Assembly (NCBI GenBank): GCA_015064085.1
Contig: SVSX01000002.1
Location: forward strand, 9,282-73,281
Origin: Oscillospiraceae bacterium
Lineage (GTDB): Bacteria; Bacillota; Clostridia; Oscillospirales; CAG-272
Direction: 5' to 3'
DNA length: 64,000 nt
Numbering within the stretch: position 1 is the stretch's first letter; the number at the start of each line of letters is the position of its first letter. The translations under genes and the position numbers were made by a program. Shown here piece by piece: positions 38,935 through 48,625 of this stretch. The notes under the pieces were generated by a model. That model did no database searches. It saw only the letters and a list, made by a program, of their open reading frames with translations, and had not been told where the DNA came from.

Positions 38935-40125
38935 GTGGAAATGCTTCTTGATAGTATCAAAAATTTCTTGACGTCAACAGGTATTGCCGATCTTCTTGCT
39001 ACCGAAGGCTGGTGGAAGACCCTTATAATGATAGCGATTTCCTTTGTTCTCGTATATCTTGCTATCGTCAAAAAGTTCGAGCCGCTGCTCCTGCTTCCGA
39101 TAGCTATCGGAATGCTGTTGACCAACCTTCCCGGCGCGGGAATGTTCCATCTTGAATTCTTTATTCAGGAGGAGGTCAATTATGCGCAGGTGCTCCACGA
39201 CGGAGGACTTCTTGACCTGCTTTATCTCGGAGTCAAGCTCGGAATTTACCCCTGTCTGATATTTATGGGAATCGGCGCTATGACCGACTTCTCACCCCTT
39301 ATATCCAACCCGAAGAGTCTGCTCATCGGAGCGGGCGCTCAGTTCGGAGTATTCGTAGCCTTCGGCGCAGCTCTGCTTTCGGGTATGTTCACGCCTCAGG
39401 AGGCGGCGGCGATCGGTATCATCGGCGGTGCTGACGGACCTACCGCGATACTCGTTACAAAGACCCTTGCCCCCGCGCTTCTCGGAGCTATCGCGATCGC
39501 GGCGTACAGCTATATGGCGCTGATACCGCTGATCCAGCCTCCGTTTATGAAGCTGATCGTAAACAAAAAGGAAAGAATGATAAAGATGACGGCTCTCCGT
39601 CAGGTATCCAAGACCGAGAAGATCCTTTTCCCGATCGTGGTTACCGTGGTGGTCGCCCTTGTCATTAAGGACGCAGTACCCCTTGTGGGCTGCCTTATGT
39701 TCGGTAACCTTCTCAACGTCTGCGGTGTGACCGACAGACTCTCTAAAACAGCTCAGAACGAGCTTATGAATATCGTAACAATATTCCTCGGAATAACCGT
39801 TGGAGCAACGGCAAGCGCGGATAACTTCCTCCGCCCCCAGACACTTCTTATAATCGGCTGCGGACTCGCTGCCTTCGTGGTATCCACCTGCGGCGGACTT
39901 ATCACGGCTAAGATAATGAACTGGATCACGGGAGGAAAGATCAATCCTCTTATCGGCTCGGCGGGTGTTTCCGCAGTACCTATGGCGGCGAGAGTCAGCC
40001 AGAAGGAAGGTCAGAAAGCAGACCCCTCAAACTTCCTTCTTATGCACGCAATGGGTCCAAACGTTGCCGGCGTTATCGGCTCAGCGGTAGCGGCAGGCGT
40101 GTTCCTGTCTTGGTTTGCCGCTTAA
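38935..40125 (+). CDS. oadB: Na+-translocating decarboxylase beta subunit
   Basis: FEPLLLLPI, IGIIGGADGPT, AGVSAVPMAAR, HAMGPNVAGVIGS. Confidence 0.95.
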   Translation: MEMLLDSIKNFLTSTGIADLLATEGWWKTLIMIAISFVLVYLAIVKKFEPLLLLPIAIGMLLTNLPGAGMFHLEFFIQEEVNYAQVLHDGGLLDLLYLGVKLGIYPCLIFMGIGAMTDFSPLISNPKSLLIGAGAQFGVFVAFGAALLSGMFTPQEAAAIGIIGGADGPTAILVTKTLAPALLGAIAIAAYSYMALIPLIQPPFMKLIVNKKERMIKMTALRQVSKTEKILFPIVVTVVVALVIKDAVPLVGCLMFGNLLNVCGVTDRLSKTAQNELMNIVTIFLGITVGATASADNFLRPQTLLIIGCGLAAFVVSTCGGLITAKIMNWITGGKINPLIGSAGVSAVPMAARVSQKEGQKADPSNFLLMHAMGPNVAGVIGSAVAAGVFLSWFAA

Positions 40126-40148
40126 TATCAAATGGAGGATAGATTCTA

Positions 40149-41546
40149 ATGGCAAAAGTAAAAATAACAGAAACGGTTCTTCGTGACTCCCATCAGTCTC
40201 TCGTCGCAACGAGAATGACCACAGAGGATATGCTTCCGATACTCAGCGCACTTGATAAGGTCGGATATCACTCTCTCGAGGCTTGGGGCGGAGCAACCTT
40301 TGATTCCTGCCTGAGATTCCTTAATGAGGACCCTTGGGAAAGACTTCGCAAAATACGCGCGAGCGTAAAGAATACAAAGCTTCAGATGCTCTTCCGCGGA
40401 CAGAATATCCTCGGATACCGTCACTATTCCGATGACGTTGTTGAGTATTTCGTTCAGAAGTCGATAGCAAACGGAATAGACATTCTCAGAATATTCGACG
40501 CGCTTAACGATGCCCGTAACCTTGAAACAGCCATCAAGGCAACAAAGAAGGAGGGCGGACACGTTCAGGCGGCTATCAGCTACACAACGGGTCCCGTTTA
40601 CACAACAGAGTATTTCACAAATTACGCAAAGACCCTTGAGAATATGGGCGCTGACTCTATCTGTATCAAGGATATGGCGGGACTTCTCAAGCCCTACGAC
40701 GCTTACGAGCTTGTAAAGGCACTGAAGGAAACTGTAAGTGTTCCGATACAGATGCACACCCACTATACCTCGGGACTTGCTTCGATGACACTTATAAAGG
40801 CTATCGAGGCAGGAGTTGACATTGTCGATACGGCAATATCCCCTATGGCGCTCGGAACGTCACAGCCTCCCACAGAGTCTCTCGTTGCGACTCTCGCGGG
40901 AACAGAGTACGATACGGGAATCGACCTTTCGGCGCTCGATGAGATCACAAAATATTTCGATCCCATTCGCGCAAAATATCTTGAATCGGGACTCCTTGAC
41001 CCCAAGATGCTCAAGGTCGACGTTAACGCCCTTATCTATCAAGTTCCGGGCGGAATGCTCTCCAACCTCGTTTCTCAGCTCAAGCAGGCAGGAAAGTCTG
41101 ATAAGCTGACAGAGGTTCTCGAGGAAGTACCGAGAGTAAGAGCAGACGCGGGATATCCCCCTCTTGTTACCCCCTCCTCTCAGATCGTCGGAACTCAGGC
41201 GGTGTTCAACGTTATCGGCGGTGAGAGATATAAGATGGTCACAAAGGAGTTCAAGGGACTTGTTCAGGGTCAGTACGGAAAGTCTCCTATGGATATCGAT
41301 CCCGAATTCGCGAAGAAGATCATCGGCGACGCTGAAAGGATCACCTGCCGTCCCGCAGACAAGCTCGCACCCGAGCTTGACGAGCTGAGAGCTAAGATCC
41401 CTCAGTATCTTGAGCAGGACGAGGATGTGCTCTCCTACGCGCTCTTCGAGCAGGTAGCGCTCAAGTTCTTCGAGTACAGAAAGGCAAAAAAGTACGGACT
41501 TGATGCAGGTATAGCTGACGCTGCGCTTGGAGTTCACAACGCTTAA
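40149..41546 (+). CDS. oadA: Oxaloacetate decarboxylase alpha / pyruvate carboxylase B-type carboxyltransferase (no biotin domain)
   Basis: LRDSHQSL.ATRM, WGGATFD, IKDMAG, HTH, VPGGMLSN, YPPLVTPSSQIVG. Confidence 0.93.
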   Translation: MAKVKITETVLRDSHQSLVATRMTTEDMLPILSALDKVGYHSLEAWGGATFDSCLRFLNEDPWERLRKIRASVKNTKLQMLFRGQNILGYRHYSDDVVEYFVQKSIANGIDILRIFDALNDARNLETAIKATKKEGGHVQAAISYTTGPVYTTEYFTNYAKTLENMGADSICIKDMAGLLKPYDAYELVKALKETVSVPIQMHTHYTSGLASMTLIKAIEAGVDIVDTAISPMALGTSQPPTESLVATLAGTEYDTGIDLSALDEITKYFDPIRAKYLESGLLDPKMLKVDVNALIYQVPGGMLSNLVSQLKQAGKSDKLTEVLEEVPRVRADAGYPPLVTPSSQIVGTQAVFNVIGGERYKMVTKEFKGLVQGQYGKSPMDIDPEFAKKIIGDAERITCRPADKLAPELDELRAKIPQYLEQDEDVLSYALFEQVALKFFEYRKAKKYGLDAGIADAALGVHNA

Positions 41547-41556
41547 CTTAATATAA

Positions 41557-41594
41557 AAAAAGCACTTATGGCAATCGAGCTGTAAGTGCTTTTT
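41557..41594 (+). terminator. Intrinsic terminator after oadA
   Basis: AAAAAGCACTTATGGC/GCTGTAAGTGCTTTTT stem. Confidence 0.8.
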
Positions 41595-41723
41595 GATTTT
41601 TGTCAGAATTAATGTGAAATATCAAAAAAAGACACAAAAAAAGCATAATAACGACCTTATTTTACCGATAAATATGTGATACAATAAGGTATAAACTATA
41701 TCTTTTGATATCAGGAGGTAAAA

Positions 41724-43967
41724 ATGAATACCAATGCAAAATGGATAAAGACAGTTCCGAGCATAGGCGAGACCTCGCCCGAGTTCAGAAAAAGCTTTGC
41801 CGCCGAGAAGAAGATCAAAGCCGCGGAGCTAACGGTAACCTCTCTTGGCGCGTACGTTGCCTACATAAACGGTAAGAGAGTGGGAGATGCCTTTCTTACC
41901 CCCGGCTGGACCTCTTACACAACAAGAGTTCAGTCTCAGACCTACGACGTGACCGATATGCTTGACAGAGCCAACCTTATCTCTGTCATCTGCGGAAAGG
42001 GCTGGATGTTCAGCGCCCTCGGATCACCCCCAAGAGCCGCTGTCGACTGCTCGGGCATAGCTATCTGCGCAGCTCTTGAGATCCTATATGAGGACGGAAC
42101 GGGTGAGACTGTTCTCAGCGACCGAAGCTGGGAGGTCTGGTCCTCGGGTATTCTTTACTCCGATCACTATAACGGCGAGATCATCGACTTTACGGTAAAG
42201 GGAGAGCTCCTCGGATACGCAATTGAGGACAACGGGGGAAAGCCCGAGATCGTTCCTCAGGTCGGTGAGTTTATAAAGGAGAGGGAGCGAGTTTTTCCCT
42301 CGGAGCTCATAATAACTCCTAAGGGTGAGACGGTCATCGATTTCGGTCAGAATCTCGCGGGATACGTTGAGATATCGGTGAAGGGCAAAAAGGGAGACAA
42401 GGTGGTCATCAGCCACGCCGAGGTCCTTGATAAGGACGGCAATTTCTATACCGAAAACCTTCGTGCCGCAGACGCGCTTATGAGATATACCCTCAGCGGC
42501 GAGGAGCCTGTGCTGAAGCCGATGTTTACCTTCCAGGGCTTCAGATATATAAGAATTGACGAGTTTCCCTCGGAGGTCGATCTTTCCGACTTTACCGCTG
42601 TGGCGGTCTATTCCGATATGAAGCGTACCTCTCGCTTTGTCTGTGGAAACGATAAGATCAACAGACTTTACAACAATACTATATGGGGACAGAGAAGTAA
42701 CTTTGTGGACGTTCCCACAGACTGCCCTCAGAGAGACGAGCGACTTGGCTGGACGGGAGACGCCGAGGTCTTCTGTAAGACGGCGGCTATCAACTACGAC
42801 GCCGAGAAATTCTTCTCAAAGTGGCTTGGCGACGTGGCTATAGAGCAGACCCCCGAGGGCGGAGTCAAGGGCGTAGTTCCCACCGTCAACGTAAACGGCG
42901 GAAGAGTGTCGGCGGCTTGGGGCGACGTTGCGACGGTAGCCCCCTGGGAGATATATCTCGCGTACGGTGACAAGGAGCTGCTCAGAAGAAACTACCCGAT
43001 GATGAAGAAATGGGTAGAATATATGCATAACACGGGTGTTGAGGAATATCTCTGGCTCGGCGGCAATCACTACGGAGATTGGCTTGCTATGGACGCGGGC
43101 TACGGTATCTATAAGGGAGCAACCCAGACCGACTTTATAGCGAGTGCGTATTTCGCTTATTCCACCTCTCTTGTCATAAGAGCGGGAAGAGTGCTCGGCG
43201 AGGACGTCTCCTATTTTGAGGACCTTTACACTAAGGTGAGAGCAAAATTCAGAGAGTGCTTTATGAAGGACGGAATGCCCGTGGCGCTCAGAGAATATAA
43301 GGACTCTCCTCTCGATAACGGAACAGACAGAGAGCCGAGAAAGATCAAGGACGTTACTCAGACGGCTATCATTCTTATCCTCCATTTCGGTCTTTGCGAG
43401 GAGGAGGAAAAGCCTATGCTTCTTAAGAAGCTCGCGGAGCTTATTGCCGACTTCGACGGAAGAATGACCACGGGATTCGTTGGAACTCCCTATATCCTCC
43501 ACGCTCTCTCTGACAACGGAAGAGCAGACCTTGCTTATGATCTGCTTCTTCAGGAGAAGAACCCCTCATGGCTCTTCTCGGTCAATATGGGCGCGACCAC
43601 TATCTGGGAGCATTGGGACAGCATAAACGAGGAAGGCAAGATGTGGAGTACCGCAATGAACTCCTTCAACCACTATGCTTACGGCTCGGTGTTTGATTGG
43701 ATATTCGGCGATATGATGGGTATCAAGGTCCTTGACGAGGGCGCGGGCTATGAGAAGATAGAGATTGCTCCTATTCCCGAGAAGAGAATAGGCTTTGCAG
43801 AGGCTGAGATCGAAACAAGATGCGGAAAGCTTGGCGTAAGCTGGAGATACGTTGGAGATAAGGTAAGATACGAGATCTGCGTACCCTGTGGCTCATCTGC
43901 AACGCTTAAGATCAAGGGACTTCCCGAGAAGACCTTGCTTGGCGGATGTTATACAATAATTAAGTAA
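41724..43967 (+). CDS. Alpha-L-rhamnosidase, GH78 (copy A)
   Basis: DFGQN, FQGFRY, PTDCPQRDERLGWTGD, GATTIWEHW, NSFNHYAYG. Confidence 0.94.
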   Translation: MNTNAKWIKTVPSIGETSPEFRKSFAAEKKIKAAELTVTSLGAYVAYINGKRVGDAFLTPGWTSYTTRVQSQTYDVTDMLDRANLISVICGKGWMFSALGSPPRAAVDCSGIAICAALEILYEDGTGETVLSDRSWEVWSSGILYSDHYNGEIIDFTVKGELLGYAIEDNGGKPEIVPQVGEFIKERERVFPSELIITPKGETVIDFGQNLAGYVEISVKGKKGDKVVISHAEVLDKDGNFYTENLRAADALMRYTLSGEEPVLKPMFTFQGFRYIRIDEFPSEVDLSDFTAVAVYSDMKRTSRFVCGNDKINRLYNNTIWGQRSNFVDVPTDCPQRDERLGWTGDAEVFCKTAAINYDAEKFFSKWLGDVAIEQTPEGGVKGVVPTVNVNGGRVSAAWGDVATVAPWEIYLAYGDKELLRRNYPMMKKWVEYMHNTGVEEYLWLGGNHYGDWLAMDAGYGIYKGATQTDFIASAYFAYSTSLVIRAGRVLGEDVSYFEDLYTKVRAKFRECFMKDGMPVALREYKDSPLDNGTDREPRKIKDVTQTAIILILHFGLCEEEEKPMLLKKLAELIADFDGRMTTGFVGTPYILHALSDNGRADLAYDLLLQEKNPSWLFSVNMGATTIWEHWDSINEEGKMWSTAMNSFNHYAYGSVFDWIFGDMMGIKVLDEGAGYEKIEIAPIPEKRIGFAEAEIETRCGKLGVSWRYVGDKVRYEICVPCGSSATLKIKGLPEKTLLGGCYTIIK

Positions 43968-43980
43968 GGAGGTATTGGAT

Positions 43981-46227
43981 ATGAATAAAAATGCAAAATG
44001 GATAAGACCCACCATTGGAATAGGTGAGGTATGCCCGGATTTCAGAACCGCGTTTGCGGTTGATAAAAAGGTGGTAAAGGCAGAGGCTTTTGTCAGCGCG
44101 AGGGGCGTTTACGACCTCTTTATAAACGGAAAAAAGGTCGGAGACGGCTTTATGGCGCCGGGTTGGACCTCAAACTTTGCGAGAGTGCAGTATCAGAGAT
44201 ATGATGTAACCGAGCTTATTGAGAGCGAGAACACTGTCTCTATCATCGCGGGTAAGGGCTGGGCACTCGGAAATATCGGATATCACCGCAGACCTGCCGT
44301 GGATTGCTCGATGATCGCCGTTATAGCAAGTATAGAGCTTGAATTTGAGGACGGAACAAAGCAGGTAGTCGCAACCGACAAAAGCTGGGACGTTTATAAG
44401 TCCAAGATACTCTTCTCGGAGCTCTACGACGGCGAGACGGTCGACGCGGGAGCTGAGTGCGAGTTTTACGGAAAGGCATCCTTTGACACAGACTCAAAGC
44501 CCGCGCTTGTTGAGCAGGTTGGAGAATTTATAACCGAGAGGGAGACGGTATTCGCTTCGGAGTACATCGTCACCCCCAAGGGCGAGAGAGTCATAGATTT
44601 CGGTCAGAATATGGCGGGATACGTTAAGGTCAGGATCAAGGCGAACAAGGGCGACAGGATAGTTATAACCCACGCCGAGGTGCTTGACAAGGAAGGCAAT
44701 TTCTATAACGCAAACCTCCGTGTGGCGGAAAACAGAATGACATATATATGCAGCGGAGAAGAGGACGTATTCGCCCCCAGATTTTCCTTCCAGGGCTTCA
44801 GATATATCAGACTTGACGAGTATCCGAAGGAAGAGGTTGATATTTCCGACTTTACGGCAGTTGCTGTTTATTCCGATATGAAGAGGACATCCTCCTTCGT
44901 TTGCGGATATGACAAGCTGAACAGACTCTACAGCAACACCGTCTGGGGTCAGAGAGGAAACTTTATAGATATCCCCACAGACTGTCCCCAGAGAAATGAG
45001 CGACTTGGCTGGACGGGCGACGCTGAGGTCTTCTGCCGTACCGCAGCTATAAACTACAACGTCAAGAGGTTCTTCAACAAGTGGCTTGGAGATATGAAGC
45101 TCGAGCAGCTTCCCGACGGAGCTGTTTTCGGAATAGTTCCGGGTATCACCGACTGCGGAAATAAGATATCAGCCGCTTGGGCAGACGCGGCGGCGGTATG
45201 TCCCTGGGAGATGTATCTCGCATACGGCGACAAGGATATGCTGAGGGAATATTACCCTATGATGAAAAAATGGGTGGAATATATGCACGGAGCGGGAGAT
45301 GAGGAATTCCTCTGGCTCGGCGGAAGCCACTACGGAGATTGGCTTGCGATGGATGCGGGCTACGGCACTTATATCGGAGCAACTCAGGTCGATCTTATAG
45401 CAAGTGCATTCTTCGCCTACTCCACCTCGCTGACAATAAAGGCGGGAAAGGCGCTCGGCGAGGATACACGTGAGCTTGAGGAGCTTTACAAGAACGTAAG
45501 AGCGAAATTCAGAGAATGCTTTATGCGTGACGGTATGCCGACCTATTATTCCAAGGACGGAAAGCGTTCTGTCGCTTACAATAACGTGGTCACAGAGCAG
45601 TCCCGCAGCGGCGTAACACAGACCGCTATAGTGCTGATACTCAGATTCGGTCTTTGTGAGGACTGCGAAAGAGAAGGACTTGTCAATAAGCTTTGTGAGC
45701 TCATAGATGAAAACGACGGAAGAATGACAACGGGATTTGTGGGAACACCTCATATCCTCCACGCCCTTTCCGATAACGGACGCGCGGATGTGGCATTCGA
45801 CCTCCTCCTTCAGGAAAAGAACCCCTCCTGGCTCTTCTCTGTAAACAGAGGAGCGACCACCATCTGGGAGCACTGGGACAGCGTGAACGAGGAAGGCGAT
45901 ATGTGGAGCGACAAGATGAACTCCTTCAACCACTATGCCTACGGCGCTGTGTTTGACTGGATCTTCGGCGATATGATGGGAATAAAGATAGCCGAGGGCG
46001 GAGAGGGATACAAGAAGCTCGAAATATGCCCGATCCCCGAGAAGAGAATAGGCTTTGCCGAGGCGTCATACGAGTCGGATCACGGAGAGATCTTCGTAAG
46101 CTGGAGATATATCGGCGACAAGGTCAGATATGAGGTAAGAATACCCGAGGGTATCGAGGCAACGCTGAAGATCGGCGGAATGTCCCCGAGAAAGCTCGGC
46201 GGCGGAGCATATACCGTAATAAAGTAA
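43981..46227 (+). CDS. Alpha-L-rhamnosidase, GH78 (copy B)
   Basis: Same motifs (PTDCPQRNERLGWTGD); AGGAGG RBS before ATG 43981. Confidence 0.94.
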   Translation: MNKNAKWIRPTIGIGEVCPDFRTAFAVDKKVVKAEAFVSARGVYDLFINGKKVGDGFMAPGWTSNFARVQYQRYDVTELIESENTVSIIAGKGWALGNIGYHRRPAVDCSMIAVIASIELEFEDGTKQVVATDKSWDVYKSKILFSELYDGETVDAGAECEFYGKASFDTDSKPALVEQVGEFITERETVFASEYIVTPKGERVIDFGQNMAGYVKVRIKANKGDRIVITHAEVLDKEGNFYNANLRVAENRMTYICSGEEDVFAPRFSFQGFRYIRLDEYPKEEVDISDFTAVAVYSDMKRTSSFVCGYDKLNRLYSNTVWGQRGNFIDIPTDCPQRNERLGWTGDAEVFCRTAAINYNVKRFFNKWLGDMKLEQLPDGAVFGIVPGITDCGNKISAAWADAAAVCPWEMYLAYGDKDMLREYYPMMKKWVEYMHGAGDEEFLWLGGSHYGDWLAMDAGYGTYIGATQVDLIASAFFAYSTSLTIKAGKALGEDTRELEELYKNVRAKFRECFMRDGMPTYYSKDGKRSVAYNNVVTEQSRSGVTQTAIVLILRFGLCEDCEREGLVNKLCELIDENDGRMTTGFVGTPHILHALSDNGRADVAFDLLLQEKNPSWLFSVNRGATTIWEHWDSVNEEGDMWSDKMNSFNHYAYGAVFDWIFGDMMGIKIAEGGEGYKKLEICPIPEKRIGFAEASYESDHGEIFVSWRYIGDKVRYEVRIPEGIEATLKIGGMSPRKLGGGAYTVIK

Positions 46228-46246
46228 AGATAATACAATAAAAGAC

Positions 46247-46287
46247 AGAAACCGCAGGTTGATTTTCTGCGGTTTTTGTGATATAAT
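46247..46287 (+). promoter_or_regulatory. Terminator hairpin overlapping a sigmaA promoter with no downstream ORF
   Basis: AGAAACCGCAG/CTGCGGTTTTT stem; TTGATT (46259)-17 bp-TATAAT (46282) with extended TG. Confidence 0.6.
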
Positions 46288-46328
46288 AAGGTTGCTGAAA
46301 TTATTTATAAAACAAAGTTGAGATCGGC

Positions 46329-46443
46329 GATGAAATCCTGCTTCGCAGGGTTATAACAGACGGATTTGATTTCATCCAAGGCAACGCCTTGGATTTCATC
46401 TGAGTAAAACGAAGATTTCATCGTGGCATAGCCACGATTTCAT
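46329..46443. repeat. REP-like array of GATTTCAT(C) motifs interleaved with hairpins
   Basis: GATGAAATC at 46329 (inverted); GATTTCATC at 46368, 46392, 46414; GATTTCAT at 46436. Confidence 0.85.
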
Positions 46444-46633
46444 TTAACCAACAGAAAAAGAGAGGACATTTCGGCTATGAACCGCTTTGTTCTCTCTTTC
46501 TGCTTGTTATATGGGTTTGGGCTTAGCCCATTTGCGTTTGACTAGTCAAATGCGATGCTTTCATTTTTATCAAAGCGAAAATTCTCCGCTAAGGACACCA
46601 CGCTATTCTGTCGGGGTTTTATCCTTAAGGGCA

Positions 46634-47116
46634 CTATGCTAAAAGCCTTTCTTCTATTTTTCTGAAGACCTCCGCGCGGTCCTCCGAGTCCATAATGGCG
46701 TAGATCACGTAATTCCCGAAGCGCCTGACCTCGGCTCTCTCAAGCTTCGGAAGCTCCTCGGGGGCATAGCTCCCTATAAAGGCAGACTTGCCCTCCCGCA
46801 TTTCTGAGAGATAGCTTTCGGCAAGAGCCGAGAGCTCCTCGGGATCAGACCCCTCCGCAAGATGAAATATTCCAAGCTCGTCGATGTCATTCACCTCGGT
46901 GGAGTAGATTATCTCAAAATCGTCGCAGAGTGCCGCGCCGTCAAAGAAAAAGTCAAGGTAGTCCTCACCGTATCGGGAATAATCCTCCGTGTCGTCGCCT
47001 ATGAGTGACTCCGAGAGCTCACGGCAGCTTATTCCGTCGGAATATTTTTTCGAGGAGCAGGAGGTAAGTGTCAGAGCGAGGAGAAGGGAAAGCAGTAAAA
47101 TAATTGCTCTTTTCAT
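46634..47116 (-). CDS. DUF4358-like lipoprotein
   Basis: Lipobox LTSC; DELGIF, SYAPEELPKL..A.V...GNYV. Confidence 0.8.
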   Translation of the reverse strand: MKRAIILLLSLLLALTLTSCSSKKYSDGISCRELSESLIGDDTEDYSRYGEDYLDFFFDGAALCDDFEIIYSTEVNDIDELGIFHLAEGSDPEELSALAESYLSEMREGKSAFIGSYAPEELPKLERAEVRRFGNYVIYAIMDSEDRAEVFRKIEERLLA

Positions 47117-47883
47117 TGAGTTACCGCTCCTTTATATCCGTGTGTTCTTATATATCCGAGTATCTTTCGGTAAGCCTCCTCGGTAAGGTGATAGCCGTCC
47201 CCCTGCTGATATTCGGGGCGAAGCGCGCCGCTCTCGCCCTTCAGTATATCCGCGGTGGAAAGATATCTGAGCCCCGACTCGGCAGAGAGCTCGAGAGACC
47301 AGAGGTTGATCTTGTCAATATATCGGTTCAGCTCCTCATAGCTGACCGAATATCGGCTCATATCCATATTTTTTGCCACGGGGAAGGCTGATTGAAGGAT
47401 TATCACCGTGCTCGGAGAGGCTGCGCGGATAGCAGATATAAGCTTGGAGTAGCAGCTCTTGAAATAACCCTCGCCCTTTTTTATATTCTGAACAGCGCCG
47501 TTGAGACCGAAGGTGAGTATCATCATCTTCGGCTTTTTTCGCGCGGCGGCTTCCGAAACGGTCAGCTTCTCACCCGTTTCGGGATAGACGATCTTAACAC
47601 TTCCCACCGACATATCAAGGGTCATAGTTCCGCCCTCGGGCGCCCATATCTGCTTAGTTTCACTGCCGTCCTTCAAAACCCCGCGGCTTTTCATATGGTA
47701 GGTCGTGGATTCTCCGAGAAAAATAATGCTGTCAATATACTCCTCTCCCATATCCTCACTCTCCGAAAGAAGGGCATCCTCCGCGTTTTCTTGCAGAGTC
47801 TCCTTTGCGGGAGCGGTATCCGAGCACGCCGAGATCATCGGCAGGATAAGGAACAGTGCGCATATTGACAGCAATCTTTTCAT
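47113..47883 (-). CDS. SGNH/GDSL hydrolase lipoprotein
   Basis: Lipobox ISAC; FLGEST, FGLN, DGYH blocks. Confidence 0.85.
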   Translation of the reverse strand: MKRLLSICALFLILPMISACSDTAPAKETLQENAEDALLSESEDMGEEYIDSIIFLGESTTYHMKSRGVLKDGSETKQIWAPEGGTMTLDMSVGSVKIVYPETGEKLTVSEAAARKKPKMMILTFGLNGAVQNIKKGEGYFKSCYSKLISAIRAASPSTVIILQSAFPVAKNMDMSRYSVSYEELNRYIDKINLWSLELSAESGLRYLSTADILKGESGALRPEYQQGDGYHLTEEAYRKILGYIRTHGYKGAVTQ

Positions 47884-47937
47884 AATAATCTCCTTGTGAT
47901 TTATGTAGACAAGCTCTGCAAGGAGATCGCTTTATTA

Positions 47938-48363
47938 TTATTTCCCGAACTGAGATCTGTATTCACCGCTCACGTCAGCCTTCGACTTGTATCTTGCGCG
48001 GAAGAGGGCGACGAGTGCTGCAACTATGATGTAAACTACCGAGAAAGTCACAAGTCCGACGGTCAGTGTTGAGGCAGGGGGCGAGATCGGGAGCATAAGA
48101 CAGGCGTAAAAGGCAAAGATCGTGATGATATAGTGCAGAAAAAGCCTCAGAGCCCCGTGGAGCTTTTTTATTTTGAAGATTCCGTTGGCAATAGCCACGA
48201 GAATCGACGCCACGAAGAAGAGAAGGACTCTCGAGGCGTCAAGCAGGACCTCTGTGTCGTCAACGTAAACTATAAGCACGATGAGTGCGTAAAGTGCGGT
48301 CACAATAGAAAAATATATACAGGCGTTAGTAAATATATTTTTTATAAGCGCTTTGAAATTCAT
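47938..48363 (-). CDS. Hypothetical 4-TM membrane protein
   Basis: 141-aa hydrophobic ORF with RBS and upstream TTGAAA-17-TATCAT promoter on the minus strand. Confidence 0.75.
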   Translation of the reverse strand: MNFKALIKNIFTNACIYFSIVTALYALIVLIVYVDDTEVLLDASRVLLFFVASILVAIANGIFKIKKLHGALRLFLHYIITIFAFYACLMLPISPPASTLTVGLVTFSVVYIIVAALVALFRARYKSKADVSGEYRSQFGK

Positions 48364-48473
48364 CGATAAAACCCTTTCGACTTAAAAAGTATATGCCAAT
48401 GATACCACAAATATGTTTTTTTTTCAACAGTAATTTGTAAATTTTAAAAACTAAAATGAAAAAAAGCCGCAAA

Positions 48474-48556
48474 ATGAATATTTTTATAAATATTCATCGA
48501 ATTCCTTGACAATTCGGGGAGAAAGATATATAATGATTAGTATGGATAATTATGCA
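48474..48556 (+). promoter_or_regulatory. Consensus promoter of nusB operon flanked by ARG-box-like palindromes
   Basis: TTGACA (48506)-17 bp-TATAAT (48529); ATGAATATTT/AAATATTCAT inverted repeat 48474-48497; TGGATAATTATGCA 48543-48556. Confidence 0.65.
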
Positions 48557-48625
48557 CATTTATAATATTTCAAATATATTGAAAGGATTTTTCCGAAAAT
48601 ATTCATTTTGGAAAATGTGGTTGCT

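Noticed and set aside
46329-46443. GATTTCATC array as a CRISPR array
   Set aside because: Repeats are 8-9 nt with 13-15 nt spacers, far below CRISPR dimensions; no cas genes in the window
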